DNA of 64,000 nt from positions 466-64,465 of the IMG/VR virus record IMGVR_UViG_3300017700_000723; one strand, given 5' to 3'. The notes under the pieces are model-generated. The model saw nothing but the letters and a program-made list of their open reading frames with translations, was not told where the DNA came from and ran no database searches. Positions 17,192 through 26,757 of this stretch are shown in pieces. The number at the start of each line of letters is the position of its first letter. The stretch's first letter is position 1. The translations under genes and the position numbers were made by a program. Origin of the DNA: a virus. Taxonomy: Duplodnaviria; Caudoviricetes.

Positions 17192-19093
17192 TTAGGCTGC
17201 CAGCGTCGGCAGGTAGTCCCAGAACTGGATCATCATCGTGTGGTTCAGGTCCGGGTCCAGCTTGGCGGCGGTCGCCGCGTCAGCGGTGATGGGGATCATG
17301 ATCGCCTCGTCCTGCTGGACGTCCGCGAGCGCGTTGCCCAGGGAGACCAGCGGGAGGTCGATCGTGATGCCCTTGTTCGCCTGGGCGAAGGTGATGTCGA
17401 GCGTCACGTCCGCGTTGTCGCGCACGGTCTGGATCGCCGCGACGTCCGCGAAGTAGGCGTTCAGCTCGGCCGACACCTCGAAGGTGCCCGCCGTGTTGTC
17501 GAAGGCGCCCAGGAAGCCGATCGCCTTGTTCGCCGACACGTTGTTGTTGATCGACAGCGTCATGTCCATGACGAAGGCGAACAGGTCGGTCGGCGCCTCG
17601 TTCGCGGGGTCGACCTCGGCGAGCGAGATGCGCGCCACGTGCGACGTCGAGTTGAAGGCGTCCGCGTCGACCAGGACAGGCCGCGTACCGGACTTGAAGC
17701 CCTGCACGCCCGTCCGGGTCTCGTGGTCACGGGACATGAAGCTCACGGTGGCGACGACCTTCTCGGCCTGCTGCACGCTGAGCTCGAACTCGTTGGGGAT
17801 CGAGCCGGTCAGGTACTCGGACTGTATCTGCGTCGGCTGGGTCGTGTCTGGGGCGCCGAGCGAGCGCTCCAGCTGGTACGAGCGGCGCACGACGAGCGAG
17901 CCGGTCTCGTTCTTCACGATCCGCGACATGACGACCCGGATGTCCTTGCCGGTACCGGCATCGGTCACCATGGCCAGGGTGCTCTTGTCGAACGTGAGCG
18001 AGGAGTTCGCGATCTCGCGCACACGCTTGAGCCCGTTGTTCGCGGCCGTCGCGAACGACTGGTTCGTGCCGTCGTCGCCGAGGCAGACGAACTCGCCGGC
18101 CACGAGGCCGAACTCGAGGAAGGAGTGACCCGCGCCCGAGGCCAGCGTCGCGCCGGTCCAAGAGGCGTTCGCGCAGACCTCGGCCGTCGTGATGGCGTTG
18201 CCGGTCACGCCCGCGATGATCGCGGTGGCGGTCAGGGTCGTGGCGTCGTTCACCGCCGTGACGTCCGGGTTGGCGGTAGTGGACGTCGCGTAGTCGACGC
18301 CGGGCACGCCGAGGCCGTTGCGGTTGATCGCGTTCCGCAGGTTGACCAGGGTCAGCTCGGTCGAGGCCCCGATCTTCACGTTGCCGTCCACGTCGGTCAG
18401 CGTGGTCTGGAGGGTGTAGACCTTGCCGTCGATGGTGACGGTCTCGCCGTTCGAGAACGTGCCGGTCGTGGTGAAGACGCTCGACGCGGCCACGACGCCG
18501 GAGATGTTCAGCTTCGGCAGCGCGCCGGAGGCGTCGATGGAGGCGACGCCGGTCCCGAACACGTGTCCGACGCGGGAGATGACGCCGTTGGTGGCGCCCT
18601 CCTCGTCGACGAGGGCGGTGTCGGTGACGGCGACGCTCGTGCCGGTGGGCGTGCCGGTGACGACCTTCAGGCCGTTGTTGGCCGCGTTGAGGTAGCCCTT
18701 CGCGAAGAGCAGGTTCCCGGCGAAGTAGCCCGCGCCGCCGGACGTCGGCTGGTAGTCATTGCCGGTGCCGTCGACTGAGGAGACGGAGAGCTCCACCTTC
18801 GTCCGCGCGGCGGCGAACAGGAAGCCCTGCATCAGCTCCTGGAGGTTGTCCTGGGTGACGTCGATCTCGAAGCCGCCCGACGCCTCGAGGTCGGTCACGA
18901 CGCCCTTCTTGCGCTGACGGCTCGAGTTGATGGGGTTGCGCGCGACGGTGGTGATCTCGCCGCCGAAGTCGTCGTAGCTGTTTGGGTCGTACTGGACCCA
19001 GACCGGCGTGGCGGGGAGGACGCCGATGGTGTCCTCCTTCGCGATGCGCAGCTCGGTCTGGTTGCTGTCGATCTTGAGTACGTTCGTCGCCAT
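17192..19093 (-). CDS. major tail tube protein with inserted domain
   Basis: 633 aa; PNSYDDFGGEITTVARNPIN.SRQRKKG tube signature of YuA-like phages. Confidence 0.9.
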   Translation of the reverse strand: MATNVLKIDSNQTELRIAKEDTIGVLPATPVWVQYDPNSYDDFGGEITTVARNPINSSRQRKKGVVTDLEASGGFEIDVTQDNLQELMQGFLFAAARTKVELSVSSVDGTGNDYQPTSGGAGYFAGNLLFAKGYLNAANNGLKVVTGTPTGTSVAVTDTALVDEEGATNGVISRVGHVFGTGVASIDASGALPKLNISGVVAASSVFTTTGTFSNGETVTIDGKVYTLQTTLTDVDGNVKIGASTELTLVNLRNAINRNGLGVPGVDYATSTTANPDVTAVNDATTLTATAIIAGVTGNAITTAEVCANASWTGATLASGAGHSFLEFGLVAGEFVCLGDDGTNQSFATAANNGLKRVREIANSSLTFDKSTLAMVTDAGTGKDIRVVMSRIVKNETGSLVVRRSYQLERSLGAPDTTQPTQIQSEYLTGSIPNEFELSVQQAEKVVATVSFMSRDHETRTGVQGFKSGTRPVLVDADAFNSTSHVARISLAEVDPANEAPTDLFAFVMDMTLSINNNVSANKAIGFLGAFDNTAGTFEVSAELNAYFADVAAIQTVRDNADVTLDITFAQANKGITIDLPLVSLGNALADVQQDEAIMIPITADAATAAKLDPDLNHTMMIQFWDYLPTLAA

Positions 19094-19103
19094 GGGAGGC
19101 TCC

Positions 19104-19535
19104 TTACCTGCGTTCTGTGAATTCGAAGTTCGCCGTCACGTTGGTCTGCTGGAAGCCGCCGGTCTTGCCTACGCTCTTGACCGCCGTCCGCCTGAACCAC
19201 ACGCCGTTCGGCGTGGAGACCCCTTCGAAGGCATTTCGGGCGACAGTACCCAGCGTGTCAGCCAGTGTAAACCCGTCTCCGAAGGGCGTCATGACCTGGA
19301 CGATCACGACGCCTGCCCTCATAAACCTGCGCGACCCAACACTTCCTAGCGTCATCTGATCGCCGTCGGTGAACTTGATGAAGGCCCTCAGGTGCGCGTC
19401 CCTCGCGCCCTTCTCAGCCTTCTCCACGTCCTCCCAGAATATGTCGACGTCGGGGTTGGACGCGTTGTACGCGTCCACCGTCGCCTTGAGGGCGTTGCTG
19501 ATCTCGTCCCTTGCCTGTGCGAGCGTTAGGCTCAT
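19104..19535 (-). CDS. tail terminator protein
   Basis: 143 aa; GVVIVQVMTP.GDG and GVWFR motifs; position before tube gene. Confidence 0.75.
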   Translation of the reverse strand: MSLTLAQARDEISNALKATVDAYNASNPDVDIFWEDVEKAEKGARDAHLRAFIKFTDGDQMTLGSVGSRRFMRAGVVIVQVMTPFGDGFTLADTLGTVARNAFEGVSTPNGVWFRRTAVKSVGKTGGFQQTNVTANFEFTERR

Positions 19536-19915
19536 CCCTGTCGCAGCCTCAGCGTGTACAGCATCTTCGTGTCCCCGGGCTCGATCGGCGACACGTCAGA
19601 GGCTCCGTACCAAACCCCGGAGACCTGACAGCGCGTGGCTCGGTCGATGTCCACCCCGGACATCTCGGCGTCCTGTCCAGCGATTAGCAGCTTGATGTCC
19701 GTCACCTTGATCCGCTCGCCGTCGAGCTCGTCCTTCTCGAACGTGGAGGTGAGACCCTTCGGCGTCTTGGTGGTCACGGCCGCTCCGCCCGGACCGCGCC
19801 ACGGCTTGTTGGCATCGGCGGTCGTGAGCGGAGTGAACTCCAGCGTCACGGTCTTGCCATACTTGGCGATGAGCGCGACGGCCTTGGCGGCGAGTGGTGC
19901 GTAGTTGTAGCTCAC
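19532..19915 (-). CDS. head closure/connector protein
   Basis: GTG start (MSYNYAPLAAKA...) overlapping upstream TGA. Confidence 0.75.
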   Translation of the reverse strand: MSYNYAPLAAKAVALIAKYGKTVTLEFTPLTTADANKPWRGPGGAAVTTKTPKGLTSTFEKDELDGERIKVTDIKLLIAGQDAEMSGVDIDRATRCQVSGVWYGASDVSPIEPGDTKMLYTLRLRQG

Positions 19916-20514
19916 GCCCGGATAGCCTTCCTCTGGTTCGACGAGCCGTCGAGGAGGTACTCGATGAGCATGTCGGCCGCCGGTATCTCGGGCAGCAGGC
20001 AGCCGTCCGTGGTCTGCGTGCCGCTGCCGTAGCCGCCGTAGCTCTCGCCGTACTTCTTGCTGTCCGTGATCGGACCGACGGTGACAGAGGTCTCGAGGAC
20101 CTCGCCAGTCGGCTGACGCTCGCCACCCACGATCGGGAGCGGGGCGTCGGAGACGAGCTGACCGTTCGCCGCGGCCCGCAGCGCGTACTCCGCGCAGGCC
20201 TTCTTCAGCGGGACGGGGATGCCCACGATGTCCACGCCGTAGTCGTCGGTGATGTTCGTGCGCGGCCACTCCGTCGGCTGGCCGGTCGTGGCCGAGAGCA
20301 GCGGCTGGCCCGCGAAGCGGTGCCGCCACCGCGTGTCGATGTAGTCGGTCGCTACCACGATGGCCACCTGGAGCTGGGGGTCCGTGTAGATCGGGGAGAC
20401 CGACAGGTCCTTGCCCCTGTCGAGGAAGTACTGGCGCATGAACGCCGTGGTGATGTAGGCGTTCGCGTCTACCGTGGTCGCAGTGTCGTTCTGGACGTTG
20501 AAGGCTGCGGGCAT
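19912..20514 (-). CDS. head-tail adaptor (DnaT-like domain family)
   Basis: ANAYIT...ATDYID...WPR...KKACAEYAL pattern. Confidence 0.8.
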   Translation of the reverse strand: MPAAFNVQNDTATTVDANAYITTAFMRQYFLDRGKDLSVSPIYTDPQLQVAIVVATDYIDTRWRHRFAGQPLLSATTGQPTEWPRTNITDDYGVDIVGIPVPLKKACAEYALRAAANGQLVSDAPLPIVGGERQPTGEVLETSVTVGPITDSKKYGESYGGYGSGTQTTDGCLLPEIPAADMLIEYLLDGSSNQRKAIRA

Positions 20515-20861
20515 CAGGTCACCGTGAGCGTGAATAGGTGGCTCGCGTCGCCCTTGACGGCGTTCGCGACGTCTACCGACACCACCTTGGGGGTGCCAGC
20601 CGTGAGTGTCACGCCGGACTTCAGCTCTAGGTTCAGGCCGTCGAGCTGGAAGTCCGACGCGTCGGCCCCCGAGAGCGAGAGCACGCTCACGCCCTCTCGG
20701 TTGTCCAGCACGGTCACGCCCGACATGAAGCGCGCTGAGGCCGTGGAGGCCGTTTCCGATATCGAGGCGGAGCGCGGCGTGACGAACACGACTGTGCGGG
20801 CGTTCTGCAGCCTGCGCCGTCGCCTCGAGTAGTAGAACGCCGCCTGACGCGCCGCCGTCAT
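20514..20861 (-). CDS. small Ig/cadherin-like virion protein
   Basis: LSLSGADASDFQLDG and FTLTVT resemble cadherin-like repeats; Arg-rich N-terminus. Confidence 0.5.
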   Translation of the reverse strand: MTAARQAAFYYSRRRRRLQNARTVVFVTPRSASISETASTASARFMSGVTVLDNREGVSVLSLSGADASDFQLDGLNLELKSGVTLTAGTPKVVSVDVANAVKGDASHLFTLTVT

Positions 20862-20865
20862 GGCC

Positions 20866-21498
20866 TCAGCCCGCCATCAGGGGGATTGACTTCCGGCCGT
20901 GGCCGTGTCCCGTGCGGCGGGCCATGGACTGGTCCAGCGGGGACTTCGGCGCGGCCATCTGCACGACCTGGCTCGACCGCGCCTCGCGCTTCCGCGCCTC
21001 GCTGGCCAGCCAGTGCTGTATCGCCTCGGCCGAGTTCATGGGCGGGTACTTCGCGTCCCGTGCGCGGATGGCCCGGTCGGCCACAGCGACCAGCTCATCC
21101 CGCCTCAGCTTGGCCTTCGCCACGGCCGCGTCGTGGTCCTCGAGGGCCTGCTTGGCGCTCAGGACCGCCGCCTCGAGCTCCTCCTTGCCACCGCCCTGAT
21201 CCTCTCCGTCGAGTGGGCCAGGCGCACCGAGCGGATCAACGCCCGCAAGGTCCGGAGCGTTCTGCAGATTGAGCACGGCGACCTTCGCCTTGACGTCGGC
21301 CTGGACGATCGCATCGGCCGCAACCTCCCGGGTGAACCCGTTGGCGTGCTCGTTGAGGTCCTCGCGGGTGATCGTGTCGTCGAGCAGTGTGTCCTGGACA
21401 GCCTGCAGGGCAGGGGCGCCCTCCTCGGTCCAGTGGGCATCCGCCTTCGGGTCCAGCGCCGCCAGACCGTCGATGAGTTCCTGCTTCGTGATCTTCAC
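20866..21498 (-). CDS. virion structural/head-associated protein
   Basis: begins with LDPKADAHWTEEGAP, ends SPLDQSMARR; YuA-like post-capsid gene. Confidence 0.7.
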   Translation of the reverse strand: MKITKQELIDGLAALDPKADAHWTEEGAPALQAVQDTLLDDTITREDLNEHANGFTREVAADAIVQADVKAKVAVLNLQNAPDLAGVDPLGAPGPLDGEDQGGGKEELEAAVLSAKQALEDHDAAVAKAKLRRDELVAVADRAIRARDAKYPPMNSAEAIQHWLASEARKREARSSQVVQMAAPKSPLDQSMARRTGHGHGRKSIPLMAG

Positions 21499-21573
21499 AT
21501 GTCTCTCCTGGGTTCAGACCCCGCATGGGGCTGACCACAGGGCTGGAGCGACCCAGCCCTGGACGTCAGCCTC

Positions 21574-22131
21574 TTAGTCGCCGAGGATTTCGAAGTTCAT
21601 CTCGAACTCGCCGCTGATCTTCAGGCCACAGCCCGAAGCAGCTGCGATGTCGTGGTCTGCGTCGTCGATCAGGATGTTCAGGTAGATGTCCTGCACACCC
21701 GCGGTCGCGTCGACGATGCCGAGGTTCGTGGTGCCGACGGCCTTCGCGGTCGTCGAGACACCCGCGACAGCCTGGGTCGTCGCGGTCGTCGGGACGATGT
21801 TCTGCTCGGTCGTGGCCAGGGTGGCGCCGGAGGCCGCGGCCACCGTGCCGACGCCAACGTCACCGTCGAACGCGGCGAAGATGCCGGTCGTGGTGCCGTT
21901 GCCGCCCTTCGTCTCCAGCTTGAGGCCGGTGATGAGGCCAGCCTTAACCTCGAGCAGCGCTGCGGGCAGCGAGAACATCTTGAGGGCGATGCGCCCGTCG
22001 ACGCCCGTGTCGTCGACCGCGGCGACGAAGTAGTCGGAGAACTTGACCTTGACGGAGCGGCGCTTGCCGTAGCCCGTCTCGAAGACCTGTGCGCCCGCAG
22101 ACGCGAGCATTGCAGTGGTTACGCTTCCCAT
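21574..22131 (-). CDS. virion structural protein (head decoration candidate)
   Basis: 185 aa, AGAGGA RBS, head module. Confidence 0.7.
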   Translation of the reverse strand: MGSVTTAMLASAGAQVFETGYGKRRSVKVKFSDYFVAAVDDTGVDGRIALKMFSLPAALLEVKAGLITGLKLETKGGNGTTTGIFAAFDGDVGVGTVAAASGATLATTEQNIVPTTATTQAVAGVSTTAKAVGTTNLGIVDATAGVQDIYLNILIDDADHDIAAASGCGLKISGEFEMNFEILGD

Positions 22132-22183
22132 TCGAGTTGTCCTCTAGATGCTGGGTCGTTTTCCTGGGTCCGCCAGGCCGGTT

Positions 22184-22471
22184 TTAGATAACGACGAAAC
22201 GCCAGCCCACGGGTAGCCAGCCAGCAAAATTGGCCCCAGCCGTGGGATGGATGTTGATATTGCCCTGAACCGAACCGCCCTCGAAGACGACAAGCTTCTG
22301 AGTGGGGTTGCCGCTGACGGAGAACTCCCCGAAGGCCGGGTCGATCGTCAGGAACGCGAGACCAACAGAGCCATCGCCTGGAGGAGCTCCAGCAGCGAAC
22401 GTGAACTCGTCGCTGCCGTTCTTTCCAGTGGCCTCGTATGAAGCCAGCTCAACACATCCGATCTTGTTCAT
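22184..22471 (-). CDS. hypothetical structural-region protein (95 aa)
   Basis: MNKIGCVEL...; ATGA overlap with upstream stop. Confidence 0.6.
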   Translation of the reverse strand: MNKIGCVELASYEATGKNGSDEFTFAAGAPPGDGSVGLAFLTIDPAFGEFSVSGNPTQKLVVFEGGSVQGNINIHPTAGANFAGWLPVGWRFVVI

Positions 22472-23049
22472 GCCAGGTTGTCCTTGTCGGTCGCCCGCTC
22501 GATCTCGTCCGCGGTGTTCCTCTTGAGCGAGCGCTTGGCGTCGAAGGCGGACGCCGCCGCGCCGCCCGCGAAGTTGGCCCCGGCCCACGAGGCGCCGGTC
22601 ACGTTCGTCGACGCGGCCAGCGAGTTGCCGCCCACCCCAGCGGTCTTGGCCCGCACGATCATGTCCGTGCCGACCGGAGGCGCGGTGGCGATCGTGCCGA
22701 GCGTCTCGACAGTCGGGTGGTCCGTCATCTGGAGCGCGTAGTCGCTGCCCGGGGCGCCGCCGTTCTCGGGGCTGTTGATCGAGTAGAAGAGGTTGATGAC
22801 CGAGTCCGCGGCGGTCGCGCCGATGTGCACGTTGCCGTCGACGCCCGTGAGCGTGGTCTGGAAGGTGTAGACCTTGCCGTCGATGGTGACCGTCTGCCCG
22901 TTCGTCGGGTTCGTCGGCATGCTCAGCGTGTTCGTCGCCTTGACCGCGCCCTCGGAGAGCCGCGTGTTCTGCGTGGAGATGAACGCCTTCAGCTTGTTCG
23001 AGTGCCGGATCGTCTTGTCGGAGTGGCGGCGGTGGCGAGCGTATACCAT
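22468..23049 (-). CDS. post-capsid protein carrying the shared virion domain
   Basis: TVTIDGKVYTFQTTLT..DGNV.IGA motif shared with major tail protein. Confidence 0.75.
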   Translation of the reverse strand: MVYARHRRHSDKTIRHSNKLKAFISTQNTRLSEGAVKATNTLSMPTNPTNGQTVTIDGKVYTFQTTLTGVDGNVHIGATAADSVINLFYSINSPENGGAPGSDYALQMTDHPTVETLGTIATAPPVGTDMIVRAKTAGVGGNSLAASTNVTGASWAGANFAGGAAASAFDAKRSLKRNTADEIERATDKDNLA

Positions 23050-23084
23050 GGCGGCTTGTTCCCTTTTTATGTCTTCCTAGCCGA

Positions 23085-23114
23085 AAGGGCCGGAGCTGTC
23101 GCCAGCCCGGCCCG
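23085..23114 (-). terminator. terminator after major capsid gene
   Basis: GGGCCGG...CCGGCCC hairpin followed by a short T run on minus strand. Confidence 0.55.
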
Positions 23115-23138
23115 TCCGTCAATTCACTCTGTCGGCGA

Positions 23139-24191
23139 TCAGCTCTCGCGGGTGATGAGCCGCGCGACCTTGATCTGCTTGCGCTCCGGGTAGGCGCGCT
23201 TCCAGCTGGCCGCGTTCGCCAGGTTGTTGGTCGTCGACGCGTTCGACGGGCCGCCCTTCGCGGGGGTGCCCTCGTAGCGGTGGCCGACCGGGTGGATCAT
23301 CCACTCGACGCGGGAGTACAGGGTCTCCTGTCCAGCGCCGTTGCCGGCCGCCTCCTTGCGCTCGACCGCGGTCGGCACCTCGGGGGAGCCGACGCCGAGG
23401 CGGAACGCGCCCGGTCCGAGCAGCCACGTGTGGTAGATGCCCGAGGCGGTCTGAGCGGCGCCGCGACCAGCGGGGTTCGGCATGCCGTCGTCGACGACGA
23501 CGCGCCGGCCGAGGAACACGGGGATGTTCACCTTGCCGTCGCTGTCCGGGATGAAGTCGATCAGGTTGTTCTTCTGCATCCGGGCGTAGACGATGGAGTG
23601 GACGGCCACGGCGGTGACGCCAGCAGCGCCGTCGCCGAGGGTGGTGCACGCGTCGATGAAGGCCTCGGCCGAGAAGTCGGTCGTGCCCGCGACGTAGGAG
23701 GCGCCGGAGATGTCGACCGTCAGGTCGTTCTGCACGTGCTCGCTGGCCGAGGGCGCGGCGGCGTTGTCCGCGAACATGCCCTGCGTGGTGGCGATGAACG
23801 CCGCCTGCAGTCGGCCGGTCCAGTAGGACGCGACCAGGTTGCCGATCGCCTGCATCGGGTCGGCGCCCGAGAGGGCGGAGACCAGCTTCATCGAGGACCA
23901 GGACTTGTTGCGGGAGAGGCGGACGCCGATCTCCTCGAGCGCGGCGATCTTCGAGGGCGCGCTGTCGTCGGTGTCGTCGTCGTTCGACACGTTCTCCTCG
24001 TCGCCGTGGTCCAGGTCGTTCCAGGACGGGACGTGGAAGGTGAGGCCCGCTCCGGCCAGGAGGCCGTCGAGCTGCGCGTCTCGGGCGAGGACGCCGGACT
24101 GCACGAGCGCGGACTTCTCCTCGGTGCGGGTCTGCGCGTAGGGGGTGAAGATTTCAGGGACGATGACGTCGCTGATCTTGGTGACGGCCAT
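23139..24191 (-). CDS. major capsid protein
   Basis: TKISDVIVPEIF N-terminus and W.R.YPERKQI C-terminus of coat-protein family; follows scaffold. Confidence 0.92.
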   Translation of the reverse strand: MAVTKISDVIVPEIFTPYAQTRTEEKSALVQSGVLARDAQLDGLLAGAGLTFHVPSWNDLDHGDEENVSNDDDTDDSAPSKIAALEEIGVRLSRNKSWSSMKLVSALSGADPMQAIGNLVASYWTGRLQAAFIATTQGMFADNAAAPSASEHVQNDLTVDISGASYVAGTTDFSAEAFIDACTTLGDGAAGVTAVAVHSIVYARMQKNNLIDFIPDSDGKVNIPVFLGRRVVVDDGMPNPAGRGAAQTASGIYHTWLLGPGAFRLGVGSPEVPTAVERKEAAGNGAGQETLYSRVEWMIHPVGHRYEGTPAKGGPSNASTTNNLANAASWKRAYPERKQIKVARLITRES

Positions 24192-24427
24192 GTTGGCGTT
24201 CTCCGTGGGAGGTTGGATGACTATCCGCTGTCTCAGCCGTTCAGGCCTCGGTCGGGTCCGGCGTCACGCCTCCCACCCGGTGCTGGCCCGTCCGCTGCTA
24301 CCCCACATGGGGAGCGGACGCGCGCGCAGGACCATCGCGTTGGTAGACCAGTACACCGAGAAGTCGCCGCCGTGAACCAGCATGGGCCAGCGGATGACCG
24401 CCGGCCCACGCCGTGACGCTCGAGGGG

Positions 24428-25279
24428 TCAGGCCGCCTTGGGCTGGGGCCCACCGACCGTCGTGCCGGCCTGGCGCGCCATCTGCTGGGCCTTCTCGGCG
24501 CCGTGCTCCTTGAGGTAGGCGCCCTGCTGGGTCATGTTCCAGCTCTTGGCGCTCCACGGGTTGCCGCCGGCCGGCATGTTCTTGCCGGAGCCGTTCGCGC
24601 CGCCGCCCTCGCTCGTCGGCCACCAGTGAGGACGCTTGTCCTGCATGTCGGTGAGCCAGGCCTTCGGGTCCAGGCCTGGGGTGAGGCCCTCGATGCCGTC
24701 GCGGGTCACGACGCGCCCGGCCTCGTCCAGCTCGAACACCGAGCGGCCGTTGAGCAGCACGTCCTCGAGCGCGGGGGCGATCACCTTGAGGTCGGTGGCG
24801 ACCGCGCGCAGCTGGCCCTCGATCTTGCCGGTCTTCTTCTCGGTGGTGAGGCTCTCGTTCGCCGTGGTGAGCTCGGTGACCTTCGTCTTGAGGGTGTCGC
24901 GCTCGCGCTCGACAGGGGCGAGGGCGCGCTTCACGCGGGTCTCGACGATGCGGTCGATCGCGTCCTGGTCGACCTTGCCCTCCTTGCCGCCGGCCGCGAC
25001 CTTGGCCTCCAGCTCGTCGATGCTGTCCAGCTTCTCCACGACCTGCTCGGGCGTCATGCCCTCGGGGATCACGGACTGGATGGCGGCGAGCGCGTCCTTC
25101 GTCTTCTTGTGGTCGCGGCGCTCGTTCACCAGGGAGTTCTGGACGCGGGTGACGTCCTCCTGGCTCTTCAGGCCGTCCACGCCGGTCAGGCGGAACTCGC
25201 CCTCGACCTCCTCGTAGAGCTTCTCGTACCCTGCCGGTATCTCCTCGGCGGTCTTGTAGCTGAGCTTGATCTTCGCCAT
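24428..25279 (-). CDS. capsid scaffolding protein
   Basis: coiled-coil, acidic/basic; HWW...GGGA.GS...NPW motif. Confidence 0.8.
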   Translation of the reverse strand: MAKIKLSYKTAEEIPAGYEKLYEEVEGEFRLTGVDGLKSQEDVTRVQNSLVNERRDHKKTKDALAAIQSVIPEGMTPEQVVEKLDSIDELEAKVAAGGKEGKVDQDAIDRIVETRVKRALAPVERERDTLKTKVTELTTANESLTTEKKTGKIEGQLRAVATDLKVIAPALEDVLLNGRSVFELDEAGRVVTRDGIEGLTPGLDPKAWLTDMQDKRPHWWPTSEGGGANGSGKNMPAGGNPWSAKSWNMTQQGAYLKEHGAEKAQQMARQAGTTVGGPQPKAA

Positions 25280-25340
25280 TGTCTCACTTCTCCATTGACG
25301 TCGGGAGGATCACCCTGCCGACGATGCGGGCATCACGCCC

Positions 25341-25547
25341 TCATTCCGGTACCTCTGTGCCAGCCTCGCGGACCCGCTTCAGGCTGTCCCTGCAGAACCT
25401 CACGAAGTCGGCGAGCTCCATCTGCACGGAGGCGCTCTGCCCGAACTCGTCGACGACCGACACGTAGGCGCGGCCGTGCTCGTGGTGCGCGGCCAGGTAG
25501 TTCGGCGCGTCGGTCCTCGCGATCAGGCTCGTCTCCACGTTCCTCAT
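25341..25547 (-). CDS. hypothetical protein (68 aa)
   Basis: fills gap between head morphogenesis and scaffold genes. Confidence 0.55.
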   Translation of the reverse strand: MRNVETSLIARTDAPNYLAAHHEHGRAYVSVVDEFGQSASVQMELADFVRFCRDSLKRVREAGTEVPE

Positions 25548-25548
25548 G

Positions 25549-26754
25549 TCACTCCACCCTGTACTTGGACGGGTCGAGGCCCGCCTTCCTGAACGCCGAG
25601 GCGTAGCTGTCAGCCAGCTCCGACAGCGACAGCTCCGTGCCGTTCCTGTGGACGTACTTCGTCAGGTCCTTGAGGCCCCCGCTGCGGAACAGCTTGGCCT
25701 TGGTGACGCCGAGGACCTCGTCCTGGAACGAGGCCGACTGCCTGGAGAGGAAGTCCTGGTAGGTCGTGTGGGCAGGGACCGTGCCGACCAGCTCACGCAC
25801 CCGCTTCCGGGCGTAGTCGTCGAAGTCGCCCTTGCTGCCGCGCGGCAGGTCCGACCGCCTCCTGGCGTCGAGGCCGTTCAGGTCCGAGTACTCGGTCACG
25901 AGCTGCCTCTCGGTCGTTGGCTTCATCGGCCTGTCGCCGAGCGCGGTGGCCGAGAGCACGGCGACGCGGATGGACCTGCAGCCGAAGTGCTGTGGCGGGA
26001 ACTTGCCCTCGCCGACCGGGTACAGCTTGCCGTCCAGCGACCTGCAGATCGGCGAGGTCCTGCTGTCCAGCGTCGCGGTGTAGACCTCGCCGCCGATCAC
26101 GTCCGCGTTCTGCCTGAACGTGAGGTCGCGGGCCTGGTTGCTGTAGCTGTTGACCGCCGTGCGGACCAGTGAGGCGATGTTGTTCCTGGTGATGTTCGTC
26201 GCGCCGTCGAGGCCGTCCTGGGCCTGGCTGCCGACGACGCGCCTGACGATGTCGTCCACGCTGTCGCCCCGGGTGAGGCCGACGCGCACCGCGTCCATGA
26301 CCTTGCGGGTGTCCGCCTCGGCGACGCCCTCGAACCAGCTCTCCAGGGTCCTGCCCTCGAATGCTCCCCTGGTGACCAGCGCCTCGAGTGTCGAGGTCGC
26401 CGGCAGCGCCAGGTCGAGCTCGACCGGGCTGCTGACGTCGAGCGTGCGCGCGGAGAACTCCGCCTCGTGCCTGACGAGGTCCTGCATGCTGTCCGAGAGG
26501 TTGGACGTGACCTTGTCCATGGCCGCTCCGCGGATCGCCCGGACGGCGTCCTCCAGGAACTCGAGCCTCCTCAGCCCGGCCGACGTCTCCACGGTGGCGC
26601 CCTTCCTCAGCGCCTCGCGGATGTCGGCCACGATGGAGGCCTCGGTCCGGTCGAGTATCCCAAGCGCCTCCCGCGTCAGGCCGACGCCGAGCCTCTGCAG
26701 GTTGACCTGGTGCCGGATCAGCGCGTCGCGCAGGCTCTCGTTCGAGGTGGCCAT
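25549..26754 (-). CDS. minor head morphogenesis protein (Mu gpF/SPP1 gp7 family)
   Basis: ATLDSRTSPICRSLDG and PPQHFGCRS motifs. Confidence 0.9.
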   Translation of the reverse strand: MATSNESLRDALIRHQVNLQRLGVGLTREALGILDRTEASIVADIREALRKGATVETSAGLRRLEFLEDAVRAIRGAAMDKVTSNLSDSMQDLVRHEAEFSARTLDVSSPVELDLALPATSTLEALVTRGAFEGRTLESWFEGVAEADTRKVMDAVRVGLTRGDSVDDIVRRVVGSQAQDGLDGATNITRNNIASLVRTAVNSYSNQARDLTFRQNADVIGGEVYTATLDSRTSPICRSLDGKLYPVGEGKFPPQHFGCRSIRVAVLSATALGDRPMKPTTERQLVTEYSDLNGLDARRRSDLPRGSKGDFDDYARKRVRELVGTVPAHTTYQDFLSRQSASFQDEVLGVTKAKLFRSGGLKDLTKYVHRNGTELSLSELADSYASAFRKAGLDPSKYRVE

Positions 26755-26757
26755 GTG

